From NCBI RefSeq assembly GCF_009834535.1, contig NC_045698.1:15192001-15256000 (forward strand): a stretch of DNA of 64,000 nt, read 5' to 3'. The translations under genes were made by a program, and so were the position numbers. Below, piece after piece: positions 12,618-26,805 of this stretch. This DNA comes from Camelus ferus. Taxonomy: Eukaryota. Position 1 is the stretch's first letter, and the number at the start of each line of letters is the position of its first letter. The notes beneath the pieces were generated by a model that had not been told where the DNA came from, did not search any database, and was given only the letters and a program-made list of their open reading frames with translations.

Positions 12618-15600
12618 GATGAAATAAAAGGTACTAAATTAAAAAATAATTTCTGGGAATTGAAATAAATTTTAAATACACTGAGTTTTTGAAAAAGCCA
12701 ACATCCTTAAGAGATATTCAGACCTGGCCTTTTCCTTTTCTGTTTCACTCTGACATCCTATGACTGTACTATTTCTTCAAAAAGAACTAAGGGCTTTTTC
12801 TACCAATGGCATGTCAAGTAAAGCTGTGAACTTCTGGGCACAATAATTATTTATACCAATATTGCATTATCTTAATTCATATTTTTTTCTAACTACTCTG
12901 GGCTGTTAAAGATTTTTATGTGATGTACTACAAAGTCACATTAGTCTTGTCTGGTATTCTGTAAATATTTATTAATGTATTGACTGAATTTCCAAATAAA
13001 ATATGTTTGTCAGGATTTTTAGCTTTTTTATCCCTAATACTTAAAAGTAATCAATACATATTTGTTGACTGCACTATATGCTGTGCAAACACTATGATAA
13101 AATCTTATTAAAAAGACTTACAAGTTAAAAAAAGAAGTAGAGGAGTCACAACAGAAACAAAATTTTACTTCCTTTTTTCCTCTGATGTAAAGTAGGTCTC
13201 AAAAGTCCAAGTTGATATAAGACACAATAGCTTATAAGGATATGTAATTCTTGATTCTAGAGTTATAAGGTAAAATCAATTATACTTACAAGTTATATGT
13301 AATAGTTAATTCACTTAATTCTAGATGTTTGCTCAAAAGAGGCTTTCAGAAGTGGTATGTGACAGTGAAACCTCCAATCCAATAAGAAAAGATTGTCTTT
13401 GTGGGAGATATTTTCAGATTTCCTGAATTTTATAATGATTCAGATTTACATTTCACCAGATAAGCTTTTCCATTAGAATTTGCTTGTAAGACAGGAGTTC
13501 TATTTGCATTCTCCTATGGGTTTTCCAGCAAGTCTTTAAAATCCTTTAGCTATGTTACAACCAGTCTTATAATGAATAACACTTTCAATCCCTTAAGTTG
13601 ATCTACAGCAAAACTTGTAGTACTATTTTCAGGCTATCCTGAAGGAAATATAAATATTACCCTTGCACGTATGGGTATCCCAATGGTACCTAGGATGCTA
13701 TCAGCATGTCACTTATGTTGATTGCAAAGATTTGCTGAAATGCTCTAAAACTCTAGACAAGAAGAGCAGTGCATATATTCTAGCTGTTGAAGTTAATGTT
13801 CTTTCTCAACAGCCTTTTCTATCATGTTCTCTTGTTTTTACATTAGTACAGATTGAGCATACAAGATATCAGTCATGAGCCTTTAATAATGTATATAGTT
13901 GAATACCACAAAGTAAGGGGATAGCCTGCTATTTGTTTTCATAAGTAGCATAATGGAATGTTCATATACCTGCTCATGATTTTTATACATCTTATAAATA
14001 TATCTAACACTTTGCCTATGTTTTGTAAAGTAAGTCCATGGATATAAAACGTTTACACAAATTTTAGTCAAGTTATCTGAAATAAAAATATAAGTATTTT
14101 GCACTTTAGGACATATGACACAAAATGTATAGCTCCATCATGTCAATTTTTGAGCAAACTGCAATGAGGAAATATTCCAATATGAATAAAAAATATTTAA
14201 GATACAGGTAATTAGTAATAAGTTCATTATTCATTATTTTGATAATTCTATAATGTTAAAGACCTATATTTTATAAATACATCTGTATTTTTTTCATGGC
14301 AAAATATAAAAGAAGACAAAAAAGTATGAATAGTTTCAAGAAATTCTAATGAACATTCTATAGTATACAAAGGAAGAGTCAACTTGTATCTTCAGGTTAG
14401 CCTTAGTAACTTTGATACGAGTTCTTATATGTTGAAAATATGTCCCATGGATATTTTAATTAGAAAATAATTTATCAGATAAGACAGTGTGTTGAGTCAA
14501 AAAGTTAACATTGTGATTTCCTTTATGAACTTAAATGTCACTTGGCCAAAATATATTAGTTTTTAAATACAAATGGTTATTCAAATGGCTTGGTGCTCTC
14601 CCTACTTCATAAAATATTAGAAAGACACACTGATTTATTTGATGATTTTATCCATCCAATAGGTTAAATAAATTAGGAATCTCATCAAAAATTTTTCTGA
14701 GAGGCCATCCTTGAGTAAACAGATAGTGACTTGCATTTGACATTGGCATTGTGTAACTTCAATGTAAATCTCTATATAGGGCCTTCCATAAATTTGAATA
14801 GGAGAATTGAATCACTTGTACACTTTCACTTAAGAGGAAAAGGAGTAGAATCTCAGCGTGGCAGCATTTGGAGGCATTATTGAGACTCCCAGATTCATGC
14901 CTGGCAAGTGATGTTTGGTGCTCTATGAGGAACTCTTCCATTTCACCATCCCTCTGTTCTAAGCAGCTTTTGGAATTTAGGAGTTTGTATTAGTTGGCTC
15001 TATAGCTGGGCAGATCTCTTAAGTAAGCTCTTGTTTGTATACAGTATTCAACCTGTCTATCTTGATATTTTAAGGAGACTACTAAATTTGGATATTTCAG
15101 AAATATATAATAACCATTTGCCAAATACATATGGAAGTTCTGTGTCCTCAGATTCTCTGAGACTCTAAACTAAATAATCTAATCTGTAGCAGTGTTTTCG
15201 ATCAGACTTCAGGATGAAGGAAACAGTGGAACTGGCCCAGGTATAAAGAAAAATACTGCTATCTCTCCTTTGGTACTTTGGATGATGGGAGAGGTGTATA
15301 ACCGTTTAACTAAAGAGAAATCCCTTCAGGGACCACTCGACAGTGTTTTCAGTGATTGAGTCGCTGAAGGAAAAGGATTAAAAACAATTGGCTTAGCTGT
15401 TCAGAAAGTGGAGAGAATGAAAGAGCAAGCTGTCATTGTGTGAGCACACAAGTTGCCGGAAAACTGGATAAACTGGAAATCACTGGAAGACAGCTATTCT
15501 CTCCTTAGGTGCGTTAGATATCTTGGGAAAATGTTATTAAATGGTGAACAGTTGCTCCTCAAAAGTTACTAGCTGTTTGGAATACAGAGTCACATAGAGT

Positions 15601-17889
15601 CAAAAGATTCCATTTTTATCTTAATAGGTCAATCTAAACCGGAAGAAAAGGTCTTCTATTTAATTCAATACATTTATTTTATTTTTACAGAGTGATATTT
15701 TAAACAATATGGATTTTATCTGTGCTTGTGAATACATATGTATTAAAGTAACCTGAAAATTATTTTCTCCTCTTCTTTATTAATTTAATCCTGTAGAAAT
15801 TCAGAATATTGGGTCCCACTCTCACCCTAGTAGATCCACTTTTTTGTACGATCCCAGATCACTTATATGCTCATTAAAATTTGAGAAGCACTTCTTGATA
15901 TTTTCTTAAGTGTCCAGTCTATGACACAAATTTGTCCTTGTGGATCCCTTAATCAGAATTCTTCAGTGGCCTTCCTGAAAGCTTAAAAGGAAGTGATAGT
16001 TTATGGAAATTAAAATTTAGGTTTATTTTTTTCATTATTTATTTCTGCCCAATAGAAAAAGCTTATTTTTACTAACTCAAGTTAAGACTTATTTTAGCTT
16101 TAAGACTTTTTGTAGTAATCCTTAATCAATCTGGGAACAATCCACCCTCATCTATAATCACATCTATTTTCTTTCTTTTTATTTGGGATTGTATTTCCAA
16201 GGGGACTAAAATTTTATCAACCTTTGAATGGCCTACCTGGTCTATGGCCTATTTCTAGTCAACTGGTCATTGTGGGATCTGGTTCAATATCTGTGTTTAT
16301 CCATAATTAAAATCTAGTCACTCTGTCCTGCACATCACACCTAAATATGTCACTAGAAAAGCATAGGCAACTTAGGGTTTTGATACTGAAAGTTTGTATT
16401 TTGTTTCAATTCATGTCTGTCAATTTCTCTTCTTAATTACAAATTGTCAAATTTATATACTTAATACTTTCTTTATTATTTCAATAATAATGAATAACAA
16501 TTCATCATTGCATCTTCTCAAGCTTTTATCATTACATTGAGGCACGCTTTATACATTATTACTATGAGTTCTGCTTTGTACATTACAGATCTGCTTTCTT
16601 TTTTATTTTCTTTTATCCAGAATATATCACAATATATCTTCAATTACCCTTTTATTTTCAGGCAGTGTGCATCAAATAGTTTAAGAATAATCTCTTCCTT
16701 GTTAAATAATTTTAATTTCCATTAGAAAATTAGATGGCTTTCATGAATTGTTAAAATGACGTAGAGCTTCTTTTCTGGTTTAGTTTTTGTGTTTTTTTTT
16801 CCTTCCAAGCAATATCTTAATATATCCTATTGTAATTACAACAGCCACTTATTTTTGTTTTTTGTAATTATCTTCAAAATAAAATAGAGCTGCCATATTT
16901 TGTTTCCTTAAGTATTTCAAACAGATCAATTCATTCACAATGCAAATAATTAAAAATAGTAAATATACCATGCAAGGAATTTAGCATTTAAAAATATCAT
17001 TCTCCTCTTCATTTTTTAACCTGTGATATAGTGCCATTTTACTGTAATATTTGATTCATATATCTTACTTTTCAAAAATAAATTTTAATTCTTATTTGGT
17101 ATGGTAAATATAGTTTTACTTAAATTTATGTAGGTGAATTGGTAGTCACTAATATTACTTCTAATCATTTTTTGTCTTATTTTTAATTCCTGATTTTGAT
17201 TAATCTTGTTCATGTGTAGTTCTTCGTTCACTTTTTTTTTTCAATTGGATATAATATATGTTTTAAGACTTCCATTCCTTAAAAATATGGAATATAAAAT
17301 TTCTGGCTCAAAATATTTTTCAAAACCCAACAGAGTTCCTCGAGTCTTTAGATAGTAAATAATAGAAAAAAGCTGAAGGCCATCCAGACATTTAACACTA
17401 CAGAAAAAAAAATTCTGCATAGTCATTTTGGTTATTTTTTCTTATTATTGTATTTAAAATGCTATAACATATTTTTAGAAATGGGTCTGTATTTATTAAT
17501 GTAGTCAGAAACTTAGTTGGAATTTTGATTTACAAATTCAACAATATTAAATAAAAGTTTCATGAAATATTCTTTTATTGTGTACCTTTGTATTTGAATA
17601 GTATTTAAATTCTCATTTTTTGCTTTTGATATGGGTACTCATGTTTTATTGTACTCTGTCTCATATTTTATATCTATGATTTTCTCTGTTCTCTTTCCAT
17701 TTCTATTTATTTTTGTCTACATTGCAAGAGGGTTTCTAAAATTCGTATTTTCTATTATAGACATCATTTGCTGTACTATCAACTTAGATGTGAAGTAAAT
17801 CTACATATTTTTCTTTAAAAAATAATATTCCAAAATCTATTAAAGAACTCACTGAACAGTTCTATCTTCCAACTCTGAGATAAACATTA

Positions 17890-18230
17890 AAAGTAGTAAA
17901 ATATTATTTAAATACAAAGTAAACTCATCATTTGAAAATAAATCAATGCCATTCACCAAATTAACAAAATTAAAGAACATAAAATAATGTGATCATGTAC
18001 CTATATGCAGAAAAAGATCTGACTAAATTCATCATTAATTTATAAGACTTCTCAGCAAAATGGGAACAGAAAATAACTTCCTCAACCTGGTAAAAAGTAA
18101 CTATAAAAATTCATAATTAACATCATAAATTATAAAATGTCAAATACTCTTTACTGAAGATAAGAATAAGGCAAAAATGATCTCTCTCACTATTTCTATT
18201 CAGCATTATACTGGAGGAACTAGCCAGTAT
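17890..18230 (+). mobile_element. L1 ORF2 fragment (RT-adjacent region), degenerate
   Basis: 'aatcaatgccattcacca...atgcagaaaaag...aacttcctcaacctggtaaaa...ctattcagcattatactggaggaactagcc' follows the L1 ORF2 pattern (DAEKAF...NFLNL...LFNIVLEVLA). Confidence 0.8.
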
Positions 18231-18608
18231 TAAAATGTTGGAGAATAACTCATTTTCCATGGATGATCATGAAGAACTTGACCAATTTTGAATAACCAGA
18301 AATAACAGAAATAACACCAACAACAAAAAATGAAGTCAAGGAAAACAGAGAAATAGGGACACAACAAAGATGGATTCTATTTCTCTTTTTCTAGGGGCAA
18401 AATAAGAGGTATTCTTTCATTTAAACATTAATGAAATGCACTACTCAGGCAACATACCTTAATTGGTTCAGGCAGGTGATTCCATTTACACATCTGGGTA
18501 GAACAAAATAAACAAGAGTATAATTTTAAGAAAGGCTCTCATTCAAATGTAAGAAAGTTTATGTGTCAAAGATTTATTAATTCATTAGTGGGTGAAATAG
18601 TAAGATGG

Positions 18609-18990
18609 TGTTATGGCTTGAATTTGGCCACCTGAAAATTCATATATTGATGTCCCAACTGTCCCATGAATTCGATGTTATTTGGACATAGTCTGAAGAT
18701 CTAATCAAGTTAAGATGATATCATTAAGATGGCACCAAACACAATATGACTAAGGTTTTTATAAAAGGAGAAGAGACATGGACATACTGAGGAGAAAGCC
18801 ATTGAAGATACAGTTATGAACAAGGAGATGGCCATGTGAAGACAAAAACAGAGAGATTGGAGGGACACATTTATGCACCAAGGAACACCAAGGATTGCTG
18901 GCAACACCACAAGGGAAGAGAACAGACAGGGAGATGACTTCCCTCAGAGGGAGCATTGTCCTGAAAATACCTTGATTTCAGACTCCTGCT
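18609..18990 (+). mobile_element. MaLR LTR (MLT1B/C-like)
   Basis: Starts 'tgttatggcttgaat...aaattcatat', contains 'gccatgtgaagac' and 'gaacaccaaggattgctggcaacacc', ends near 'ccttgatttcagactcc'. Confidence 0.85.
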
Positions 18991-20075
18991 GATTTATTCC
19001 TCTAAGTCCATTTCAGTCAACTTATCTGAACTCCAGAAAATAAGCCCCAGAAAACACTATTTTGTAATAACATGAAAAGTATAATTTTACTTAAGGAGAA
19101 CTGATACATTTATGATTTTGAGTCTTTTCCAAGAAATATGATACTTCTTTCCACATATTCAAGTCTAAATTTGTGCCATTCAGGAGAGTTTTTTTTTAGC
19201 TTTCTTTATTATATGTATGACATTGGTATAATATTTATAGATTATATTATATTATATTACATTATGTTATTTTAAATGTCAGATGTGAGTGTAGCTACAG
19301 CATTGCTATTTAATTTTCCTTGGAGATGAAATATTCTTCCTTAGGTTCAGTTAAGTATGAGTTCATTCTGTCATATATTAGTCAAAAGCACAACATATAT
19401 TTTAATGCTGAGAAATAGGTTTACTATTTCTCAGAGTGTATTATTAACATCACTTCAAATGAAGATATCAAAATTTCTAGCAGACAAGTGCATTCCAGTC
19501 TGAATTAAAAAAAATGCAATAGTGAGCTTAACAGAAGGCAAATTGCTCACATATGGAATCAACATGGAACTATATCAACATTTGTAAAAAAATATTTATA
19601 TACTGCTTTTAATTCCCTGGAGGGAAGTACAAAATTCAAGCAACAATTTCATTTTTATTTCCCAATTTGTAACTATGAAACTCTAGCAATTTATTTTTAT
19701 TTTTTCTCCATCGAAGCAGTTTTACCTGAAGCTTTAGAGATAACTGTGAAAAATATATAATAATGGTCAGTTTGCTTACTCCCACATAAACAGAAGGAAA
19801 TTTATGCTTTTATGCCCTGAAGAATTGATTCTTTTCTGTAAATGACATATGGTTGTGAATCCTTTTTGCAAGTAAATACTTCTGTTTTCTTGCTGAACAG
19901 GTTTTTCATTTAAATTCATGACAACATATCAAAAATTTTGCCATAAAAATACAGAGCAATCAATTGAAGTAATATAGGATTTGAGTAATAAGGGATTTAA
20001 ACAATTTAATACTTCTTCCTTTCATTTTAAACTGAAATTTTAGAGAAGATATTTTGGAATGTGCTGACCATACAA

Positions 20076-20094
20076 ACACACACACACACACACA
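20076..20094. repeat. (AC)n microsatellite
   Basis: Directly visible. Confidence 0.9.
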
Positions 20095-20276
20095 ACATAC
20101 ATCCAGCTTAAAAAAATCATCACAGTTACAAGGATTTCATTAAGGGTCAGAAATCAAAGTGTTTTTTAAGACTTTCAGCTGAAGCTCATAGCAGATAAAA
20201 GTAATATGATCTTTTCTAGATACTGTTAATCAACAGGACACAGAAACTTTAAGGTTATCTATTTACATAGCTTAAC

Positions 20277-20765
20277 TGTTAAAATTGAAATTTGAGACTA
20301 TCTGTATCAACATGATTTAAAAATTTATTTCAGAAAATTATTTTTCAGGAAGTTAAGGATGTAAACCAATAAATAACTTTATTGTTTGCTTCAGGATATT
20401 CGTGCAAACCAATTTGTGTGAACAAACAACTCTCCTCTCAGACAACAGATTGCTCACCTAGGCAGATAGGTATTTATTAAACAGTAGTTTATTTATGAAG
20501 ACTCACTTCAAGGGCTTCAACTCACTGTGCCTCAGTCCTAAACACTTACGTCGTGAACTACACCTCTTCTCATCAGTTACTGGTCTTGAAAGTCCCAACT
20601 TAACCCCCTGAGCCCAGACTTCAACAGCCTAGAAATATCATCTAATTATCTACTCACCTAGAACATTACCCTGCCAAAGTGGTGTTCTCCCTTATGGCCA
20701 TCCTTTTTCATTTAGCTTTGCTTAATCAATATGCTTTAGTTGGTCTGTTGGGGAGATAATAAACA
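20277..20765 (+). mobile_element. Old ERV1 (MER4-group-like) LTR, probably followed by degenerate internal sequence
   Basis: TG...CA bounded block ending 'gctttgcttaatcaat...ggtctgttggggagataataaaca', followed by 'ggaggttcca', a leader pattern seen in MER4-group internals; family not certain. Confidence 0.5.
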
Positions 20766-23700
20766 GCCTCGGAGGTTCCATTGGAACCATCCAAGACACC
20801 CTTCCTGTTATGGTTCAAGATTCTAGAGCTTCTCTGAAGCCTCCTGAACCATCCACTTGGGGACCTCCTTGATTACAATGATGAAGTAAATTTTGTGTTA
20901 GATTTGAAAGCTAATGTATTTTTCACTGGACTCTCAAATTCTGTGTTTACTTTGACTCCTAGAAGTGAGGAATGATTTTTTAGTAATCTTTTGATCATTT
21001 GATCATATATTACCCATTATAAAAACCTGCCTTAGTATTTGCTGACTTTCTTTCTGTACTTCCTCATCACATTTTTATGAACTTATAAAGTGAAGTTCAT
21101 AGGAAAAAGAACGGGCTTAAATTTAATAAATTTGTCCTGCAATTTGACCCTAAGCTGGTGGGGTCAGAAGATCTCATGAGATCAACATACTTACAGAGCA
21201 CATTTTGCTTTGGGTCACCTATCAGAATTTTATGAAAGCTTACCTTTGTTTTACCTGTGAGAATCTATTCCTGAAAGATATTTTTACTCCAAATATTCTG
21301 GCTGCTTAGGATTTCAAATGTATTGGTTCTCAATTAAAAAGATCCAAATATCAAGTTAGGGTTCCATGACAAATTTCAAAAGTGAATTCTTCACTCATTC
21401 ATCACCAGACTCTTATGTGTTCAGCTTAGTTTAGATCCACAATTTCTATAGGCAGACTCCTGCTTCTTATATCTGTTCATACAAGAATTCTGTTTTGTGT
21501 GCTTATAATTCTAAAATAACATAATTTCACCAAGCATCTTTTAAAATTACAGTCACCTCTTTGGAAACCCTTTTACAGAATGAAAACGTTTAACAGGTTG
21601 CTTAGAATGATAATGGAACAAAAAGGAACATAACATATAATGCCCTGAATATTTTTAGTGTTATATGAAAACTTTTAAAAGAAATTCAGATTCCAAAATT
21701 GTTCCTTTAAAATAATAAAAAAAGAAATTTATAGGCAAGGCAAAAGATAAGTCTGAAACTAGCTTGTGTTTATTACCCCTTCTCTCCAAATCTTGACTTG
21801 AAATGACCAGTGTTTATATCACAGTTTTTTCTCTCCCTTTATATTCTCCGTTTATAACGTTCTTTCTGGCTTCTTTCTCATACTAAGTATCCAAAAGTTC
21901 AATCATATTCTAAAATTAAACTTTATTTATTACAGAGAAAGCCCATTGTGGTTATATTTTAGCCCTGGTATTGATCTGAGCTAAGATTCACTTTCAAATA
22001 TTCTCCAAAACCTGGACAGGATTCATACATAGAAATATATAGAAGGATAGAATAGTTTTAATAACATATACTCCACAGTTACCAGATTTACATCAGTTGA
22101 TTTATATGATATAAGAAACCTCAGTTTCAAAAAAAAAAGAAAAAGATGGAAAGGCAAAATGGGAAAACTCTGAAGATGACATAAGATACCTCGAATTGCA
22201 TGAGAACACAGAAACATTTAGAAATCTGTAGACATCGTGTAAGCACTAAGTTTTTCCCATCCAAAAAAAATTATATATATATATGTTAGCCACTAATCCA
22301 GTCCTAGAAGCAATGAAATGATATATTAATTTGATAGACCCTGTAACACTTCTATAAAATACTCAGGAGTAGATCTTTACACAAATGTGATTCCAGCTCT
22401 TCCTGCATGTTTTGTGACTAATCTTAAGTAAACAATAAAAGAAGGATTCAGTGAAAAATAAAAACTGTAATGGGAAGTCGTCATATTGACAGATCTCAAC
22501 TTGTTTCATAATATTTCAAAAACTGGTTAAAAAAATACAAACCAGAATGAGAACCAAAATAGAATGATAGCTTTACAAAAGTACTTGATCAATGAGGGTG
22601 CTACATGCAAGAATTGAATGTGCATTCTGCCCATAAACTCACAAAGGGTCAATTTCTTAAATATTAATTGGCAACTGCAAACTTTTAACTGATACAGTGC
22701 TAAAAGCTCTTATGGAGCTTCTCTTTGAAATCAACGTATTACTCAGGTGGCAAATGTCTCTAATAACCTACAGTTGTTCCCTATGTCTGATATCATCACT
22801 TGTATCTCAGATATTTCAGCATGCGTTCTTTCCTCCTCTGTGAAATTTTATCTACTAATTCATTTTGTGAAGGATTATGTTGCAAATGGAATTTCCAGAT
22901 TGAATGCTCTTTTTCAAATCTCTGAGGCCCTTTTCTGCCTCCTCCATTCATAATGGAGTTTTAGTTCATATTAACATTGACTAAATCAAACCTAAATTAA
23001 AGACATCTACAAGGTGTCAGACTCTTTTTAACACCAAAATTCAAGTGGATTGGCTAAACCCATTAAGCTTGCACAGACCCTTTGAAAACTAAAAATTAAA
23101 AAAGTTATAAAATCAACAGTAGAAAAGTAAATAGCAAAAATGTTAAGCACCCTTTATGCCAGTCTGTGTCTGGTTAATACTTCCAATGGGTGAGGGAATA
23201 GATTCGTTTGGGATCTCAAGGTCAAAAAGAAAAGTCAACCTCATTGACCTGTGATACCGAATCTTAATACTGTGGTACTTTCTTTGCCCCTGAGGGTACA
23301 TCTTTAAAAGTATAGATCTGGGGTCTGCCTTCTTTAGTGTATAAACACTAGAATGACAATTGTGATTTGTTTTTGAGAACTTTGTATGTAATGATGATTA
23401 CATAATGTTACCATCACTATTTAAATTGACTGATACCAATGAAATTAAAACATTTTACAATATCTATGTACTGACATCTTGCTTATTAAAACATTATTTT
23501 GCCCTGAGGTTGTACACATTCATCAAATTTCTGTTATGTTTACAGTATTATATGTTGTTGGGTCTAGTTGACAAAGCAGTTGGCGTTATTTCAAATAATA
23601 CAGATATCCATTGCTTGAATTGTCTCTATCATAACAAACCCTAAAGTATTTGCACTAAATTAGCATTGCATGGGCAAGAAAACTAACCTCAGAGGATTGA

Positions 23701-23909
23701 AAGATGGAGACCTATTGTATTCACTGAAAAATACATTTATTGGAACTGTCACCTGAAATCAACTGGAGTTCAACCAAATGCCCTTAGACCATCATGTTTG
23801 GGAAAAGCCAGAAAGTTCATACATGTTGTGTTCCACAATGAATTACAGGAAAGAGATGGACTCAGGCAAGAAAGAATTGGTTTTTTTTAGAACAGAAAGA
23901 AAGGGAATA

Positions 23910-24130
23910 GAGTTGAGTTTCTAAACTTTAGCAATCTGATATTTTACACCAGACAATTTTTTGTTGTGGGGAGCTAGCTATTGTGCTGTAGGACATTTAC
24001 CAGTATCTCTGGCCTCTACCACTAAATACAAGTAGTACTCCTACCCAGTTACCGTAACCAAAAATGTCTCCGGACATTGACAAGCGTCCTACAGGGAGAA
24101 AAATGTCATCCCTGATTGGAAACTACCGAC
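23910..24130. mobile_element. MER20 hAT-Charlie DNA transposon
   Basis: 'ctctggcctctaccactaaatacaagtagtactcc...aaccaaaaatgtctccggacattgacaa' matches the MER20 hallmark. Confidence 0.85.
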
Positions 24131-24566
24131 ATAGAGAAAGTCTGTAAATGCTGGAGTCATACAGGCCGGAAAGCTGAATCTTTCCAGACCAGGTTGAAAG
24201 AAACTTTTCAGAATTTAAAGCCCACTGTCTTCTTAGTAAGGAGAGGACCTCAGCCCCAAAGCAAATAATTGATTAGGGGTGTTATTTTCCTCCCAAGATT
24301 AATAGTTGATGAATATCCTGGATGCTTGCTATCTTTAAAATGAAGAAGCATATGTGTGTTTGGGAAAAGGGAAAACAAGGAAATGGTGCAGACTTTTTTC
24401 CTACCTCCAGTTTTTTAATGAATTTTCTGTATTTAGTTAATAACTTTTAATATCAATTAAGTGCTGATCAGTATAATACTTGACTTATTTAATGTTCACT
24501 CAGAATCACCACTCGATCTATTTGAAATTAATTCATCTATAAAAAAAGTTTCTCTGTTTAAGACAG

Positions 24567-25072
24567 TGTGGTAGGCAGCATAATGGTCTCTTAAGATGCT
24601 CTGTTCCTAATTCCTAAAAACTGTGACTATGTCATCTGACAGGGAAAAAGAGATTTTGCAGGTGTTATTATGTTAAGAACATTGAGATGGGAGACTTATT
24701 TTGGATTTTCCTTGCAGATGCAATCTAATCACACAGATTAAAAGTGGAGAACTTTTTTTTTTTTTTTTTTGGTGAGAATAACAGAGAAATGTGGCTATAG
24801 AAGAACAGAGTTGCAACATTTCTAGCTTTGAAGAATGGAGGGAAAGGACCACAAGCCAAGGAATGAAAAGAACCTCTAGGAGCTGGAATATACAAAGAAA
24901 CAGGTTCTCTCCCAGAGTTTCCAGGAAGGAACATAACACTGCTCACCTTGATTTCAGCCTAATGAGACCCATATCAAACATGTGGCCTGCAGAACTGTAA
25001 GATAAAATATTTGTGTTCTTGTAAGTCAATAGACATAGCAATTTGTTATAGCAGTAATAGGAAAATAATGCA
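24567..25072 (+). mobile_element. MaLR solo LTR, MLT1D-like, near full length
   Basis: Starts 'tgtggtaggcagcataatgg', ends 'aatttgttatagcagtaataggaaaataatgca'. Confidence 0.9.
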
Positions 25073-25273
25073 TAGAGTGTTTCAACAATGGAGAAAAAGT
25101 TTATGAGCAAGAGAAAGCATTTCTTTCCTTCACAGTGTTTGCAATATAACAAGAGAACAAATTAAACACACAAGATCTGAGCAAATTATTACACTTGAAT
25201 TTCTGCTAAAGCTACAGAAAAAAAAAAAAAGAAAAAGAAATTCTAGAAACAGAGAATAGGAATTTTTCTTACC

Positions 25274-25752
25274 CAGTAGCCTGCCCTTATCCATGGATTC
25301 ACTTTTTGCTGTTCCTGTTACTCATGGTCAACCAGAGTCCAAAAATATTAAATGGAAAATTCCAGAAATAAATAATTCATAAGTTATAAACTGTTCACCA
25401 GTCTGAGCACTGTGATGAAATCTTGTGTCATCTTGCTCTGTCCCCCTCTGGAGCTGAAGCATCCTTTCGTCCAGTGTATCCTGCCAGATAGTCACTTAGC
25501 AGCTGGCTCAATATCTCTGTAGCACAGTGGTGGTGTTCAAGTAATTTTTATTTTACTTAATAATGGCCCCAAAGTAAAAAGTAGTGGTGCTAGCAATTCA
25601 AATAGTCTCTCACTGTGCCCAGTTGATAAACTGCACTTTATCATAGTATTACAGGGGAAAAAAAGCATAGTAGGTATAGGGTTCAGTACCATCTTTTTCA
25701 GGCTTCCACTGGAGGCTTAGAACATGTCCCCCATGGATAATGGGGAACCGTA
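25274..25752. mobile_element. MER44-like Tigger-derived DNA transposon
   Basis: Terminal inverted repeats 'cagtag...cccttatccatgg' and 'ccatggataatggggaaccg'; internal 'aaaaatattaaatggaaaattccagaaataa'. Confidence 0.85.
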
Positions 25753-26762
25753 CATTAGGAAGTGTCTATTACTGAACACTATTTTGGTTGCAGATAGCAA
25801 ATGTATATACTTACATTTAGCCAAACATGGAAGTTTGTTGAAAAGGAAGTGAGGCATTAAAAGGAAACGGAAGTGGTCAAGGTTTCAGGCATTAACTACA
25901 CATTGCAAAAATTTTTAAAAATTAAACGCAGTCTGACTCTTAGAAAAGAAGGGCCTGATTTTCAAAATCATAAATCTAATCTCTAATCAAATAACTGTTC
26001 ATCTTGGTTAGAGTGCTGTGGAAAAGTACAAGTTAAATTATTTGGTCACAAAATGTATCTAATAGTAGAAGTGAATTCCAACGCTGCCATGCTCTCCTGC
26101 CATCTTCTTTTCCACTGTCGTGGCTGAAATTTAATTGTCCTTCAGTGTCATGGAACACAGCCTGGGATTAAGCTGGTGAGGTTGCAAACTGAATCAATAA
26201 TGATGAGACTTGGAAAAAAGATGATTGCTTAGCAAAGAAGGTTCACCTTATTTTCTACTTTCTTGGCAGCTGAACTAATATGAAAGACGCTTGTTCCTTC
26301 CCAGTTTGCATATGTTTGGTTGTGTCAGCTGAGTTGTTGTTCAAATGATTTTCTCTCTGAAGAGTCAGAGACATTCACCCTCAAGTCAGCTTTCCTGTGT
26401 ACATTCCAGAGGCAAAGATTCTCAACTGTAAGTGAGAGAGGGATGTCTGTGTTGCTTGATTTGCTGTGTGATTACTGTTTGTGATTGTCTTTTACCCAAG
26501 ATGACATGTAATTTTCCAGCACAGATTATTTTTCAAAACAATTACATTTCCAAGGTTTGCAGGAAAGGATGTCCATTTACTGAAATGTGAACTTAAATTT
26601 CTGGAAAAGAAACATCAAATTCTCATATGAATCTATAAAGTAGCTATAACTTGTTATTTTTCCAATGAGACATCTCTCAAAATGGCTAGTTTTGGTATAT
26701 AATAGGAACAATATTTTATTCCTTCTATTACCATGAGCAGAAAATAACAGATCATGGATGTT

Positions 26763-26763
26763 T

Positions 26764-26802
<39 letters not shown>
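26763..26802. repeat. (TG)n microsatellite
   Basis: Perfect (TG)16 at 26771-26802 plus an imperfect lead-in. Confidence 0.97.
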
Positions 26803-26805
<3 letters not shown>

